The translations under genes were made by a program, and so were the position numbers. Shown piece by piece: positions 8,296 through 18,652 of a stretch of 44,128 bases of DNA. Source of the stretch: a virus; UHGV virus genome UHGV-0019911. The stretch is one strand, 5' to 3'. Position 1 is the first letter of the stretch, and each line of letters begins with the position of its first letter. Under the pieces are notes generated by a model. That model was not told the origin of the DNA and made no database searches. It saw only the letters and a list, made by a program, of their open reading frames with translations.

Positions 8296-9342
8296 ATGGC
8301 TAATATCGTAAGTGCAAATGGTGGTGCTTCTTTCGGCACTAATAATAATGTTAAGGTATTCTCCGATAGTTCTTTAGGTTCTGGTATTCGTACCATGGAT
8401 GCAGCAGGCATTACGACTGGTATGGCTTTCTTGGAGGGAGAACTGGAAAAGCGTGATCCTAAGATCCGTGAGCCTTTGACCTCTGTTACTTGGCCCAGAG
8501 ATATCGTTGCAGAAACTGGTGGTGGATGGGTTGATTTCACTTCCACTATGAATGTTGACTATGCTACTTCTGGTGCTAATGAGGGTTCTTTAGTTGGCGG
8601 TGCAACTGATGTTATTTCTACTGTTCAGGCAAATGTAAACAAGGATATTTACAAGGTATTCACTTGGGCGCAGGGTATGAAGATTCCCTTTGTTGATTCT
8701 CAGAAGTTTCAGACTATCGGTCGTTCTATTGATTCTATTTTGGATCGTGGTATTCGTCTGAATTATAACAAGAGCATTGATCAGTTAGTTTACCGTGGCT
8801 TCTCTTCTGTTGGTGTTACTGGCTTAGTAAACGATCATAACATTGTTTCTTCTGTTGCCCCCAACGGTGCTGCTGGTACTCCCGGTTGGACTACTAAGAC
8901 TGTTGATGAAATTTTATGGGATGTTAATAAGCTGTTGACAGAAGCATGGGCGGCTTCTGAGTATGATGAGAGTGCAATTCCTAATCATCTGTTGTTACCG
9001 CCTTCTAAGTATGCTTATATTATGAGCACTAGAATTGGTACTTCCGGTGATGAAAGCATCCTGAGTTACCTGAAGAAGAATAACCTTGCTGTTGCGCAAG
9101 GTGGTTCTTTGGAGATTGTTCCTTGCCGTTGGTGTGCAGGTGCAGGTACTGGTCAGACTGACAGAATGGTTGCGTATGTTAATGACAAGGATAAGGTCTA
9201 CTTTGATCTGCCTGTTCCCCTGACTAGAGCAATGACTCAGCCTGTCGCTTTGCAGTTCTCTTATATCACTATTTTTGCTGCCCAGATGGGTCAGGTTAAA
9301 TTCCTGTATACTCAACCTGCACGTTATATGGATAGCATTTAA
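8296..9342 (+). CDS. major capsid protein (DUF2184-type, HK97 fold)
   Basis: 348 aa, positioned after the scaffold and decoration genes; Gly/Thr/Ser-rich N-terminus typical of this MCP family. Confidence 0.6.
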   Translation: MANIVSANGGASFGTNNNVKVFSDSSLGSGIRTMDAAGITTGMAFLEGELEKRDPKIREPLTSVTWPRDIVAETGGGWVDFTSTMNVDYATSGANEGSLVGGATDVISTVQANVNKDIYKVFTWAQGMKIPFVDSQKFQTIGRSIDSILDRGIRLNYNKSIDQLVYRGFSSVGVTGLVNDHNIVSSVAPNGAAGTPGWTTKTVDEILWDVNKLLTEAWAASEYDESAIPNHLLLPPSKYAYIMSTRIGTSGDESILSYLKKNNLAVAQGGSLEIVPCRWCAGAGTGQTDRMVAYVNDKDKVYFDLPVPLTRAMTQPVALQFSYITIFAAQMGQVKFLYTQPARYMDSI

Positions 9343-9370
9343 TAAATTAGGAAAGAGGTAGTTAAACAGC

Positions 9371-9769
9371 ATGAAAATTTTTAGCAAAAAGGCTTTTGCC
9401 ATTGGTGAAGGCGCAAAGCGTAATTCTGATATTATCGATTTGTTTGTAACTGTTCCTTTGAGTTTTCAGGAAATGCCTGATAAGTATGCTGACGATCCTA
9501 CTTTTAAGTTGGCGGTTGCAGCAGGTGAAATCACTATCGTAAATGGCAACGAGGAAAAGGTTAAGGCCATTGAAAATGGTGAATTTGCTGATGTTCCCGA
9601 AGAAGTTCCAGTAATGAGTGAGACTGAAGCTTTTTACGAAGAGCTGAAAGGAATGAACAGAGAGGAAACTCTTACTCTTGCTGAAAAGTACAATGTAACT
9701 TTTAACAATAACGATAAGTTAGGACAGATTAAGAAGCGTGTATTTGAAGCATACAAATTGAATAAGTAA
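9371..9769 (+). CDS. hypothetical head-associated protein (132 aa)
   Basis: ORF in the structural operon. Confidence 0.4.
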   Translation: MKIFSKKAFAIGEGAKRNSDIIDLFVTVPLSFQEMPDKYADDPTFKLAVAAGEITIVNGNEEKVKAIENGEFADVPEEVPVMSETEAFYEELKGMNREETLTLAEKYNVTFNNNDKLGQIKKRVFEAYKLNK

Positions 9770-9784
9770 GGGAGGAAATACCCG

Positions 9785-10321
9785 GTGAGTGCTTTTGTTG
9801 ATTTGTGGTCTATGCTTGGATATACCAATAATGCTAAGATTTTTCAAGAAGCATTTACCGGGTATTCCAACATTATTCTAACAGATAATCCTGAATTTAC
9901 ATTAAATGATTTCACAAGTGTTTTTCCTGTTTTCAAAATAACTGACGAAATAGTAGAAGATGAAATAAATATTCCGACAGCTTTCTTCAACTTAATTCTT
10001 GCAATGGCTAATAAGTGTATTAAATATGATAGATACCATGGTATGTGGAAATACCTAATGTGTTTGTTTATAGCCCACCATTGTGCTTTATATTTGCAAT
10101 CACAAAAAGGGGATGCTAACTCTCAGGCAGCTTTGCAAGGTTCTATGCCAACTGGGGTTGCTACTTCTAAGAGTGTTGACGGCTTGAGTATTAGCTATGA
10201 TTTACAGGGCGTTGCAGATGATTTACAAGGATACGGTACATGGAAATATACAATTTATGGACAGCAACTTGCAACTCTTACTAAGCCTTATGGGGGAGCG
10301 GGGATGTGGGTTAATGGATGA
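9785..10321 (+). CDS. putative head-tail connector or DNA-packaging protein (GTG start)
   Basis: Position; RBS GGGAGG. Confidence 0.35.
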   Translation: MSAFVDLWSMLGYTNNAKIFQEAFTGYSNIILTDNPEFTLNDFTSVFPVFKITDEIVEDEINIPTAFFNLILAMANKCIKYDRYHGMWKYLMCLFIAHHCALYLQSQKGDANSQAALQGSMPTGVATSKSVDGLSISYDLQGVADDLQGYGTWKYTIYGQQLATLTKPYGGAGMWVNG

Positions 10322-10844
10322 AGTAATTGTAGAGCTTAAGGAATACGGAAAGAATTTTGATAGTTTACTTAAAACGTTAAAATACACACAAGATAATTAC
10401 ATTCTTGTTGGAATTCCACAAAAAAGCAGTAGCAGAGAAAAGTTAAAAGCTTCTACAAAAAGTAATAAGGTTACTAATGCAGAGCTTATGTATATACATA
10501 CAAATGGCAGTCCTGCTAATAATATTCCTGCTAGACCTGTTATAGAACCTGCTATAGAGGATAATAAGGAACAGATAGCGAAGTACTTACATAAAGCTTT
10601 TGAAGCTATGTGTGAGGGTAATGAAGATGTTGCTGATAGAGAGTTACACAAAGCAGGTACAAAGGCTTATAAAGCTTGTAGAGCATGGTTTGTTAACCCT
10701 AAGAATGGATGGAAGCCTAACTCACCTGCTGTTATTGCAGCAAAGCTTAAGAAAGGTTCTACAGATCCTAAACCCTTAATTGACACAGGCGATTTGCGTA
10801 AGAGCATAACCTATGTTCTTGTTAAAAAGGGAGTGAGGCAGTAA
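10314..10844 (+). CDS. HK97 gp10-like head-tail joining or tail-completion protein
   Basis: C-terminal [14 protein letters not shown] matches the gp10-family IDTGNLRRSI motif. Start trimmed to the ATG at 10314, which overlaps the upstream stop. Confidence 0.5.
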   Translation: MDEVIVELKEYGKNFDSLLKTLKYTQDNYILVGIPQKSSSREKLKASTKSNKVTNAELMYIHTNGSPANNIPARPVIEPAIEDNKEQIAKYLHKAFEAMCEGNEDVADRELHKAGTKAYKACRAWFVNPKNGWKPNSPAVIAAKLKKGSTDPKPLIDTGDLRKSITYVLVKKGVRQ

Positions 10845-11227
10845 TGATAAATGTAACTGAGCTAATTGGTGATCCTGATTTTACACAGCCTAATGGCGTT
10901 TCTGTAATTCGTAGAAAAGCTACAGTCGTAAATCACGTACAACAGATTGTACAAACTGAATTTAGACTAACTGGTATAATCACTATCGCACAAGATATCG
11001 AGCTAAAAATGGAAAATACAGGCGATACAAACTATGAAGCAATTTATGTGTTTACAAGGAAACCTTTGTTTACTACAGGTAGAAAAGATGAGAATAGCAA
11101 CGGTGACTATTTATCTGATTTAGTTACTTGGCAGGGAAATACATACAAGGTTATGGATTGTAAAGATGATGGGCAGTATGGCTTTTATCGAAGTACAGCT
11201 GTTAAACTATCAAGGATTGTGATGTAA
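10844..11227 (+). CDS. hypothetical virion protein (127 aa)
   Basis: ORF with a coupled ATGA overlap. Confidence 0.4.
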   Translation: MINVTELIGDPDFTQPNGVSVIRRKATVVNHVQQIVQTEFRLTGIITIAQDIELKMENTGDTNYEAIYVFTRKPLFTTGRKDENSNGDYLSDLVTWQGNTYKVMDCKDDGQYGFYRSTAVKLSRIVM

Positions 11228-11775
11228 TGTTAGTTGATGAAACCAAAACCTTAGAAGAGATAAGATTGTTTGTTGCTGATATTGTTTGTGATATTCTTGG
11301 GTTGAAACAAGATAAAGTATTATTACAATATAGAGCAGAGGGGCAACCAATGCCTAAGTTTGGTGAGGATGTAGTTTTTGTTAACGTACAACCTGCACCT
11401 GATGAAAGGGATATCTATAAGAATAGGTTTACAAAATATAATGCTGAAAATGATAACTTTGAATATATCCAAAAAAGTCAAAGAACGTTAACTGTACAAC
11501 TTGTGTTTTATGGGAACCATAGTTCTGAGTATGCAAAACTTTTGTATGAAAGTGTTTATTCCCCCGTACATGAATATGAGTTTAACAATTTTGGTTTATG
11601 TTTAGTTCCTGATAGAACTATGGGTGTACAATATGTACCTGAGCTTGTTAATAGTAGATGGTGGGAAAGAGCAGATTTACAACTCATGTTTTATTCCCCT
11701 GTATGCATTAAAGATACCATTGAAAGAATTAAGGATGTTGATATTAAGATTGAAACGGAGGATGGAAGTGTATGA
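11227..11775 (+). CDS. hypothetical virion/tail protein (182 aa)
   Basis: ORF with a coupled overlap. Confidence 0.4.
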   Translation: MLVDETKTLEEIRLFVADIVCDILGLKQDKVLLQYRAEGQPMPKFGEDVVFVNVQPAPDERDIYKNRFTKYNAENDNFEYIQKSQRTLTVQLVFYGNHSSEYAKLLYESVYSPVHEYEFNNFGLCLVPDRTMGVQYVPELVNSRWWERADLQLMFYSPVCIKDTIERIKDVDIKIETEDGSV

Positions 11776-12884
11776 GCATTTCTTTGAACAACATTGTAGA
11801 TATTGATGTTGAAGTTAGTAATCCGTCGGTCATCAGTTCTGATTTTAATTTAGGTTTGATTATCGGTAACGGAGCTGTTCTAAAAGCTGACGAAAGAATT
11901 AAAATTTATAGCTATAACACTTACAAAACAGCAATGGTAGCAGATGGTTTTACTACTGCTAGTGCAGAATATAAAGCAGTTACAGCTTATTTCACCCAAA
12001 ACCCTGTAGCGCAGAGAGTTGCAGTTGGTGTAAAGCTTACAGACGAAACTGAAATACAGGCGGTTGTAAATAGCAGAGCTGCTAATGAAAATTGGTATGT
12101 TGTGAGTTTTGCTTATGCTTTAACTGACAGTAATGTTGATGGTATTGCTGCGGCAGTTGAAGCATTTGATATTCCTACTATTTTCATTCACCAAACTAAG
12201 GATGCAAAGTGTTTACAGGCTAGCACAACGAATATTTGTAAAACTTTGCAGGATAAAAGATATACAAGAACTGCAGTATTCTATAGTACTCAGGATAATT
12301 TTTCCAATGCTGTTACTGGCTTAATTTGTGGCTTGAATAGCATGGAGAACAATTCTGCTTATACATTAGCATATAAATCTGTTGTCGGTTTTACGCCTGA
12401 AAGTTTGGATGACATTCAGTATGATAATTTGAAGAGCTACAACGGAAATACTTATGCGGAGTTCGGAAGAAGATATAGCTTTATCTTCCAAGGTGTAACA
12501 GCTTCCGGTGCACATGTCGATGAAATTTATTTATTGGATGCAGCTAAGTTTTTGTTACAGCAGAATATTATTTCTGGTTTAGTTGGTGAAAGAACTATTC
12601 CTCAGACTAATTCTGGTGTTAACAAAATAATCAGCTTTTGTACCAATGCTTGTGAGAGAATGTTAGCTATTGGAATTATTGCTTCTGGTATCTGGCAAGG
12701 CGGTGATGTGCTTAATTTGAATACTGGTGATGCAATTCCTAGTGGTTATTACATTCAGGCAGGTAGCTTATCTGAACAGCCTGCAAGTGATCGTAAGGCT
12801 AGAAAATCGCCGCCTATTTATGTTTGCTTAAAGGCAGCAGGTGTTATTGAATTTGTTGTCGTTAAGGTATTTGTAAATCAGTAA
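11772..12884 (+). CDS. putative tail sheath protein
   Basis: 370 aa, immediately upstream of the tube, chaperone and TMP genes in myovirus order. Confidence 0.5.
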   Translation: MSISLNNIVDIDVEVSNPSVISSDFNLGLIIGNGAVLKADERIKIYSYNTYKTAMVADGFTTASAEYKAVTAYFTQNPVAQRVAVGVKLTDETEIQAVVNSRAANENWYVVSFAYALTDSNVDGIAAAVEAFDIPTIFIHQTKDAKCLQASTTNICKTLQDKRYTRTAVFYSTQDNFSNAVTGLICGLNSMENNSAYTLAYKSVVGFTPESLDDIQYDNLKSYNGNTYAEFGRRYSFIFQGVTASGAHVDEIYLLDAAKFLLQQNIISGLVGERTIPQTNSGVNKIISFCTNACERMLAIGIIASGIWQGGDVLNLNTGDAIPSGYYIQAGSLSEQPASDRKARKSPPIYVCLKAAGVIEFVVVKVFVNQ

Positions 12885-12899
12885 GTGAGGTGAATATAA

Positions 12900-13334
12900 A
12901 TGTCTGCTTTTTATACTTATTCGTTTGAAGATACTACTGTAACTATTTCGCATCCAGCTATTGGCAGTTATAGTGCTTATGGTACTGGTATCGGGCAGGT
13001 TACATTAAGTATGAGCAATGATATTACAATGCATGATGTTGCCGCAGATATGGCTGTTGTGGTTAGTAAGATCCCTAAAAATAATGGTACGGTTAATTTT
13101 GAAGTTTTACAGAGTTCTGATTTTAATGTCTGGTTGAAGAAATTCTATAATTATCTTATGAATTCTGATACTTCTCAGTTTGCTCTTGCTACTATTGTTA
13201 TCACAAATAGTAGTACCGGAGATCATTATACTTGTACTGGTGTTTCTCCTCAGAAGATGCCTGATAATAATTTCCAGTCTCAAGCACAGAACAGAACATG
13301 GACAATGATGTGTGCTCATATTGATACTAAATAA
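12900..13334 (+). CDS. putative tail tube protein (XkdM-like)
   Basis: 144 aa, between the sheath and chaperone genes. Confidence 0.5.
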   Translation: MSAFYTYSFEDTTVTISHPAIGSYSAYGTGIGQVTLSMSNDITMHDVAADMAVVVSKIPKNNGTVNFEVLQSSDFNVWLKKFYNYLMNSDTSQFALATIVITNSSTGDHYTCTGVSPQKMPDNNFQSQAQNRTWTMMCAHIDTK

Positions 13335-13354
13335 TTAGAAAGGTGGAAACAGTA

Positions 13355-13801
13355 ATGGAAAACAGCTTTGATAATATCAAAAAGAGAAAAGTAACTGATG
13401 AACTTGTCTTAGAGGGTAGAACTTTTAAGTTGAAGAAGTTTGATCCTCTTACTGGCAATTATATCCTTATGCAGATCATAACTCTTGTTTTACCGTTAGG
13501 AATTGGAGATATGCTTAATGGTGAAATGGGTACAGAAATGCTTCCTAAAAAAAGTAGTAATGCCCAGATGATGGGAAAGAAAGAATTCATTGAGCTGCAG
13601 AAAGATATTTTAACCAATGTTTATGAAGTACTTCCTGCAGGTGAAACACAGGTAGTTAGAGAAAATGGAACTTACGGTGTAGAGAATTTTACTGGTACTA
13701 TTTGTTTGCAGCTTTTAATTGCATGTTTAGCTTTTAATTTTGCTGATTTTTTCGCAGACGGGGTATTAGGTTCTTTAACCACAAGCAGCCTGAATTCTTA
13801 A
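13355..13801 (+). CDS. tail assembly chaperone (gpG/XkdN-like), frame 0 product
   Basis: Position before the TMP; contains a slippery heptamer near its 3' end. A GTG alternative start lies at 13343. Confidence 0.5.
   Translation: MENSFDNIKKRKVTDELVLEGRTFKLKKFDPLTGNYILMQIITLVLPLGIGDMLNGEMGTEMLPKKSSNAQMMGKKEFIELQKDILTNVYEVLPAGETQVVRENGTYGVENFTGTICLQLLIACLAFNFADFFADGVLGSLTTSSLNS
13747..13753 (+). other. -1 programmed ribosomal frameshift slippery heptamer T TTT TTC
   Basis: X XXY YYZ motif in frame 0 (GAT TTT TTC). The -1 frame is closed by a TGA at 13744-13746 and then stays open from 13747 to 13992. Confidence 0.55.
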
Positions 13802-13992
13802 TTTGTAATTATGAAAATATAAATCCCCGGCTATTTTTACCAGTTATGAATGGCTTGTGGAAACAGCATGAATTATGGGATGGAACTTATACTTTTGATG
13901 ATTGGTTAGATATTGTTGAGCTGTTAGAAGTAAAGATGGAGAATGAGCAAAGAGCAAGTGAGTATTACGAAAGCAAAACAGAAATGAGGTGA
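13753..13992 (+). CDS. T-extension of the tail assembly chaperone (gpGT-like), reached by a -1 frameshift. Ends with a stop overlapping the TMP start
   Basis: 80-codon open -1 frame with no usable SD for independent initiation; this is the classic G/GT arrangement upstream of the TMP. Confidence 0.5.
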   Translation, partial: RRRGIRFFNHKQPEFLICNYENINPRLFLPVMNGLWKQHELWDGTYTFDDWLDIVELLEVKMENEQRASEYYESKTEMR

Positions 13993-15473
13993 ATAAAGTG
14001 GCTTTTAATTCCTTGAAGGAATATCTTGTAAATATTGGATGGAAATCTGATAAAGTAGCTTTTAATAGAGTAATGGGAGATATTACAAAACTTAGAAAGA
14101 ACTTATTAAGCTTAAGTGTTAAAAGTTTTGCAGGAATATCCACTTTATTTACGGGTGCTGTTTCTGCTATCTGGAATGTAGTTGATGGAGTTGCAGAAGC
14201 TGATCTGAGTGCTAGAAGATTTGCTAGAAGCATGTGGACTTCTGTTGAAGCCGCTAGAAGTTTTCAAGATGCTTCTGAATTAACTGGGCTTACTTGGGAA
14301 AGTTTATTTTATGCAACGGGTGAGGAAGTAAAGCATTTTATAGAACTCAAAAATTTATCTACTGCTATAAACACTCCACCTGCTTTGAATGAGGGATTGA
14401 AACTTATAAGAAGTATAAACTATGAAGTAGATAAGCTAAAGTTAATTTTGAAGCAAGCAACAAGGTGGATAGCATACTACTTTTTACAGCTTAATAGTAG
14501 GGATATAACAGATCTTAGAAATGAATTTAGAAAGTTTAATGAGTGGCTAATAAATAAAATACCGATAGTAACGCAAAAGATAGCAATATTATTTACTTTT
14601 GTTTTGAAGTTGGGAAAAGCATTTATAACGCTACTTAAGGTAGGAAAACGCATAATAGAGGACTTCTTTAGTGCATTTGATAAGAGATCAGTAGTAACAG
14701 CAGGTGCTTTAGGAGCTTTGTTCGCAGTAATAAAATCCGGGCCAATTGGGTGGATTATTGCAGCTCTTACTACAATTCTTTTGTTGATAGATGATTATGC
14801 TACATGGGCAAGGGGTGGACATTCCACATTAGGTATTGTCTGGGAACAGCTAGATTCTCTTAACGATCTACTAGATACAAACATTATAACTTTGTTTGGG
14901 GAATCAGTTGATGGTTTAATTGGAATATTTATTGAACTTGCTAAGGCTGTTGCTGATTTAGTTTACCAGTATGTAAAATGGTTGGATAAGATTGGTTTAT
15001 TTGATGCTATTAAAGATACTTTTACTAAAATGTTAGAAGATTGGACAAAGCGTTTGCAAGATATAGCAGATATTATTTCTTTGATTAAAGGTGATTTTAG
15101 TGAAATATCTGAAAATGGTATTGTAAAAAAAGTGTTCAAAATTGATGATAAAGAGGGAATAAAAGGGCTAAATGGAAATATTGGAATTAACCCTATTTTA
15201 CAAGGATTGAATAGAATACTTTCTGTTTCGCCTAATAAACCTCTTGGCGGTTTGTATGATAATTTCAATAAAAGTATTTTTAACTACTTGATAAGAGGTA
15301 AAAAAGCTGAATATCCGCCTCATAGAGGTGGCGGTTTTGGCGGTGATACAAACAGCTATTCTCAGCAGAATAATATAACTATTGATGTTTATGGTAATGC
15401 TGATGCCGATAATATAGCTGACACCGTTGCAGGTAGAATAAATAACTATGGTTTGAAATTTGCTTTGAAGTGA
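13989..15473 (+). CDS. tail tape measure protein (GTG start)
   Basis: 494 aa, helical, with hydrophobic segments; lies after the G/GT chaperone. Confidence 0.65.
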   Translation: MNKVAFNSLKEYLVNIGWKSDKVAFNRVMGDITKLRKNLLSLSVKSFAGISTLFTGAVSAIWNVVDGVAEADLSARRFARSMWTSVEAARSFQDASELTGLTWESLFYATGEEVKHFIELKNLSTAINTPPALNEGLKLIRSINYEVDKLKLILKQATRWIAYYFLQLNSRDITDLRNEFRKFNEWLINKIPIVTQKIAILFTFVLKLGKAFITLLKVGKRIIEDFFSAFDKRSVVTAGALGALFAVIKSGPIGWIIAALTTILLLIDDYATWARGGHSTLGIVWEQLDSLNDLLDTNIITLFGESVDGLIGIFIELAKAVADLVYQYVKWLDKIGLFDAIKDTFTKMLEDWTKRLQDIADIISLIKGDFSEISENGIVKKVFKIDDKEGIKGLNGNIGINPILQGLNRILSVSPNKPLGGLYDNFNKSIFNYLIRGKKAEYPPHRGGGFGGDTNSYSQQNNITIDVYGNADADNIADTVAGRINNYGLKFALK

Positions 15474-15486
15474 GGTGTAATATAAT

Positions 15487-16092
15487 ATGGCAAATGGTTA
15501 CTTAAGCAAAAGTGCTACAAATACAGATGGTATGAGTTACAATGCTATGTTATATTGCAAGACAAACATAGGTGGATATTTCTTTGATGGATTCATGAAA
15601 GTGACAGTAAGTAGTGAGTTACAGGTAACTTCTAATCCTGTTGAAACCGGTGCTTCTGTTGTTGATAATGCCTATGTTAAACCTCAAGAGATACAAATGA
15701 CTATAAAGATGAGTGATTGCTTGCAGTCATTAGTTAGCGGGCAGTTTACAGGCGGTTGGAGTAGAAGTATAAATGCTTATAATGTTCTTAAGAAGATACA
15801 GCAAGATAGAATTCCTGTTGCTGTTCTTTGCAGGTTAGGTCTATATAATAACATGTTGCTTACTAAGATAACTGCAAATGATGATAGTGAAACATATAGA
15901 AGTTTGAACTGTGATGTAACATTAACTGAGATCCCGGTTGCTAGAGTAAAGACTGTTGAAATCAGTAGTGCTAGCCAACAAACTATAAATACAGAAATGG
16001 GAAAGCTTAATGCTTTATATACTACAGATGTCCAAGATAGAAGCATACTGAATATGATAACGGGCATAGAAACAGGAAGCAGAGCTAGTTAA
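15487..16092 (+). CDS. tail/baseplate protein (201 aa)
   Basis: Position downstream of the TMP. Confidence 0.4.
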   Translation: MANGYLSKSATNTDGMSYNAMLYCKTNIGGYFFDGFMKVTVSSELQVTSNPVETGASVVDNAYVKPQEIQMTIKMSDCLQSLVSGQFTGGWSRSINAYNVLKKIQQDRIPVAVLCRLGLYNNMLLTKITANDDSETYRSLNCDVTLTEIPVARVKTVEISSASQQTINTEMGKLNALYTTDVQDRSILNMITGIETGSRAS

Positions 16093-16108
16093 AAGGTGGT
16101 GCTAAGAA

Positions 16109-16477
16109 ATGTATAATATTCCTGTTACAAACTATCCTAACCAAACATTTCAATGCACTATTCCGGTTAATGGTGAAAATAAAGAATTCATAATGAAGCT
16201 TAACTATAATCCTATTGCTGAGTATTGGAGTTTAACTTTAATAGATAGCATAACAGAAAAAGAAATATTTTCTCAGTTACCTTTGTTAACAACCTTGTAC
16301 CAATTTTGGAGCAATATAGGTTTTCAGCTAACTTATAAAGAGTTCGGAGAAATTTATGTAGTTCCTATTGGAGATGATACGAAAGCAAGTATGCCTAACT
16401 CTGACAACCTTGGGAAAACCTATTGCATGCTGTGGGGAGATAACCAATGGCTGCCGGGTGGGAAAGAGGTGTACTAA
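16109..16477 (+). CDS. tail/baseplate protein (122 aa)
   Basis: Position. Confidence 0.4.
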   Translation: MYNIPVTNYPNQTFQCTIPVNGENKEFIMKLNYNPIAEYWSLTLIDSITEKEIFSQLPLLTTLYQFWSNIGFQLTYKEFGEIYVVPIGDDTKASMPNSDNLGKTYCMLWGDNQWLPGGKEVY

Positions 16478-18025
16478 ATGGAGCACAAATTCGCTGTTGC
16501 TTATCCGTATAGAGGAAAGTTCAAAGTTAATTCTCTGTTTGGAAAGAGAAAAGCACCTGCAACTAAAAATGGTAAGCATGGATCTTCATATCATACCGGA
16601 ATGGATTTAGGCAGCTTAACAAGTGATAAAACAATACTTTCTATTTCCGCAGGAAAGGTTACTAGAACAGCTTATCAAAGTGGTTATGGGAACTATGTAT
16701 GGGTAGCTCAGAGTGACGGTTATGGTGTTGTTTATGGGCATCTAGATAAGGTTCTTGTTAAGCAAGGTGAACATGTGAACTGTAGGCAGCCTATAGGAAT
16801 ACAAGGGAATACAGGTAATTCTAGTGGTTCACATTTGCATATAGGTATTTCTAATAGTACAGACTATTCAAAAACTCATGCAGATAAATATAATATGTTT
16901 ATAAATCCCGCTATATATTTCAATATGCAAAACATAAGTACATTAAAAGGTAAAGTGTTCGATGGGGGTTTAGCTCCTAATGGGAATACCTCATCTGAAA
17001 ACAGCACAGATAATAATTATGAGGTTGTTAGCTCTAGCTCTTATTCTAGCTATTTTAATAGCAATGAGCTTACTGCTAGTGGTGAATATTACAAAGTTAC
17101 TAATTTTGTTGGTACCTTAGGTGATTGGTTATATGGTAGAAGATACAGAGTGCTAGTTGATTTAGGCAATAATAAAGCCTTAGATGTTTCTCAGCTTAGG
17201 TGTTCTTTTACTGTTAACCATAGTGTACAAAATCCAACTCAGACGAGTAAAGTTACAATTTACAATCTTACGCCTAATGATGAGAATAAGATCATTAAAG
17301 AGGGGCAGAGGATTGTAATTGAAGCAGGATACACCGGAAGCCAATACGGAATGATCTTTATTGGTAATATTATACAGCCGATAAGAAGTAAGGAAAATGG
17401 AACAGATTATACTTTAACTCTTGTTTGTATGGATTGTGATAGGTATACTACTTACGGTTTGATAAACACAACTATTACAGCGGAACAGACGATGAGATCC
17501 GCAGTTAATTGTTTAACTACTAAGAGTTCTCAGAGTGTAGGTGCTGGATATTTAGTTGATTCTGATATTAAATACCCTAGAGGGAAAGTAATGTTTGGGA
17601 TGAGCAGAGATTTTCTAAATCAGATAGCTAGAAGTAATAACGCACAGTATTACACGGAGAATGGCAAAGTGAATATAGTTACTGCTTCTGGATTCAAGAA
17701 AGGTAGTATACTTGCTTTTGGGCCTAAGACAGGATTGATAAATGCACCCCAGCAAACGCAAATTGGCATTACATGTTCTGTTCTGTTAAATCCTAATGTG
17801 AGTTTAAACACTTTATTTTATGTTGATAATAAGAAAGTAACTGCTAATGAGTATAGCCCAGGTACGCCTAACAGGTATTTAGATTCTGAGGGCATATATA
17901 GAGCTATAAGCATTACGCATTCAGGTGATACTCATAGTGATGAATGGAAAACTGAGATAGAAGCTATAACACAGGCAGGTGCTCTACCTGCTATGAATGT
18001 TTCTCAGCTTATGTATGGTTGGTAA
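16478..18025 (+). CDS. tail-associated lysin: N-terminal peptidase M23 (LytM) domain fused to a baseplate-hub-like (XkdQ/gpP-like) region
   Basis: HTGMDL...GYGNYVWV...GHLDKV...GQ.IG..GNTGNSSGSHLHIG matches the M23 metallopeptidase signature; 515 aa in the baseplate cluster. Confidence 0.7.
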   Translation: MEHKFAVAYPYRGKFKVNSLFGKRKAPATKNGKHGSSYHTGMDLGSLTSDKTILSISAGKVTRTAYQSGYGNYVWVAQSDGYGVVYGHLDKVLVKQGEHVNCRQPIGIQGNTGNSSGSHLHIGISNSTDYSKTHADKYNMFINPAIYFNMQNISTLKGKVFDGGLAPNGNTSSENSTDNNYEVVSSSSYSSYFNSNELTASGEYYKVTNFVGTLGDWLYGRRYRVLVDLGNNKALDVSQLRCSFTVNHSVQNPTQTSKVTIYNLTPNDENKIIKEGQRIVIEAGYTGSQYGMIFIGNIIQPIRSKENGTDYTLTLVCMDCDRYTTYGLINTTITAEQTMRSAVNCLTTKSSQSVGAGYLVDSDIKYPRGKVMFGMSRDFLNQIARSNNAQYYTENGKVNIVTASGFKKGSILAFGPKTGLINAPQQTQIGITCSVLLNPNVSLNTLFYVDNKKVTANEYSPGTPNRYLDSEGIYRAISITHSGDTHSDEWKTEIEAITQAGALPAMNVSQLMYGW

Positions 18026-18037
18026 AGGTGGTGTAAT

Positions 18038-18637
18038 ATGGCTATTAGTATAAGCGACATTATAGGATCTGAGGATGAACGCATAAACAGATTATTACAA
18101 GCAGAACGATTCAATACTCATGTTGCACTTCCTTGTGTTGTACAGAGTTTTGATCACAATAAAAGAACAGTAGAATGTCAGCCTACTATTAGAGAAAGGT
18201 TCATTGATGAAAATAATAGAATATCTTATATTAACTATCCTGTTTTAATAAATGTGCCTATTTGTTTCCCACAGTGTACTTCTGGTGGCATTACATTTCC
18301 TATAAATCGTGGTGATGAATGTATAGTACTGTTTCAAGATGGGAGTATAGATAACTGGTTATTGAAAGGAAATATACAAAACCCAGTAGAGCAGCGTAGG
18401 CATGACCTTTCAGATGGTATAGCTATTTTTGGTGTTAATAATCAAAGTAAAAAACAAATACCTTATGATAAAAGTGCGTTAATTTTAAGTTATAAAAATA
18501 CTACAGTAAAAATTACAGAGTATGATGTGCTTATAAATGGTAAAAGCATGAATGAAGTTTTTGAGTTGTTAGAACAGTATAAAGTACATGCACACTATTT
18601 AGGGACTGAGAAAACAGGTTTGCCTGTAAAAGGATAA
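18038..18637 (+). CDS. baseplate spike or assembly protein V-like (gpV/gp45 N-terminal OB-fold)
   Basis: ALPCVVQSFD...VECQP...PINRGDECIVLFQDGS resembles the Phage_base_V pattern. Confidence 0.45.
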   Translation: MAISISDIIGSEDERINRLLQAERFNTHVALPCVVQSFDHNKRTVECQPTIRERFIDENNRISYINYPVLINVPICFPQCTSGGITFPINRGDECIVLFQDGSIDNWLLKGNIQNPVEQRRHDLSDGIAIFGVNNQSKKQIPYDKSALILSYKNTTVKITEYDVLINGKSMNEVFELLEQYKVHAHYLGTEKTGLPVKG

Positions 18638-18652
18638 GGTGGTGAGAAACAT

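Noticed and set aside
10197-10316. Upstream extension of the gp10-like ORF to ATG 10197
   Set aside because: It would overlap the preceding gene by 125 nt. The internal ATG at 10314, next to the upstream stop, fits the coupled gene spacing seen elsewhere.
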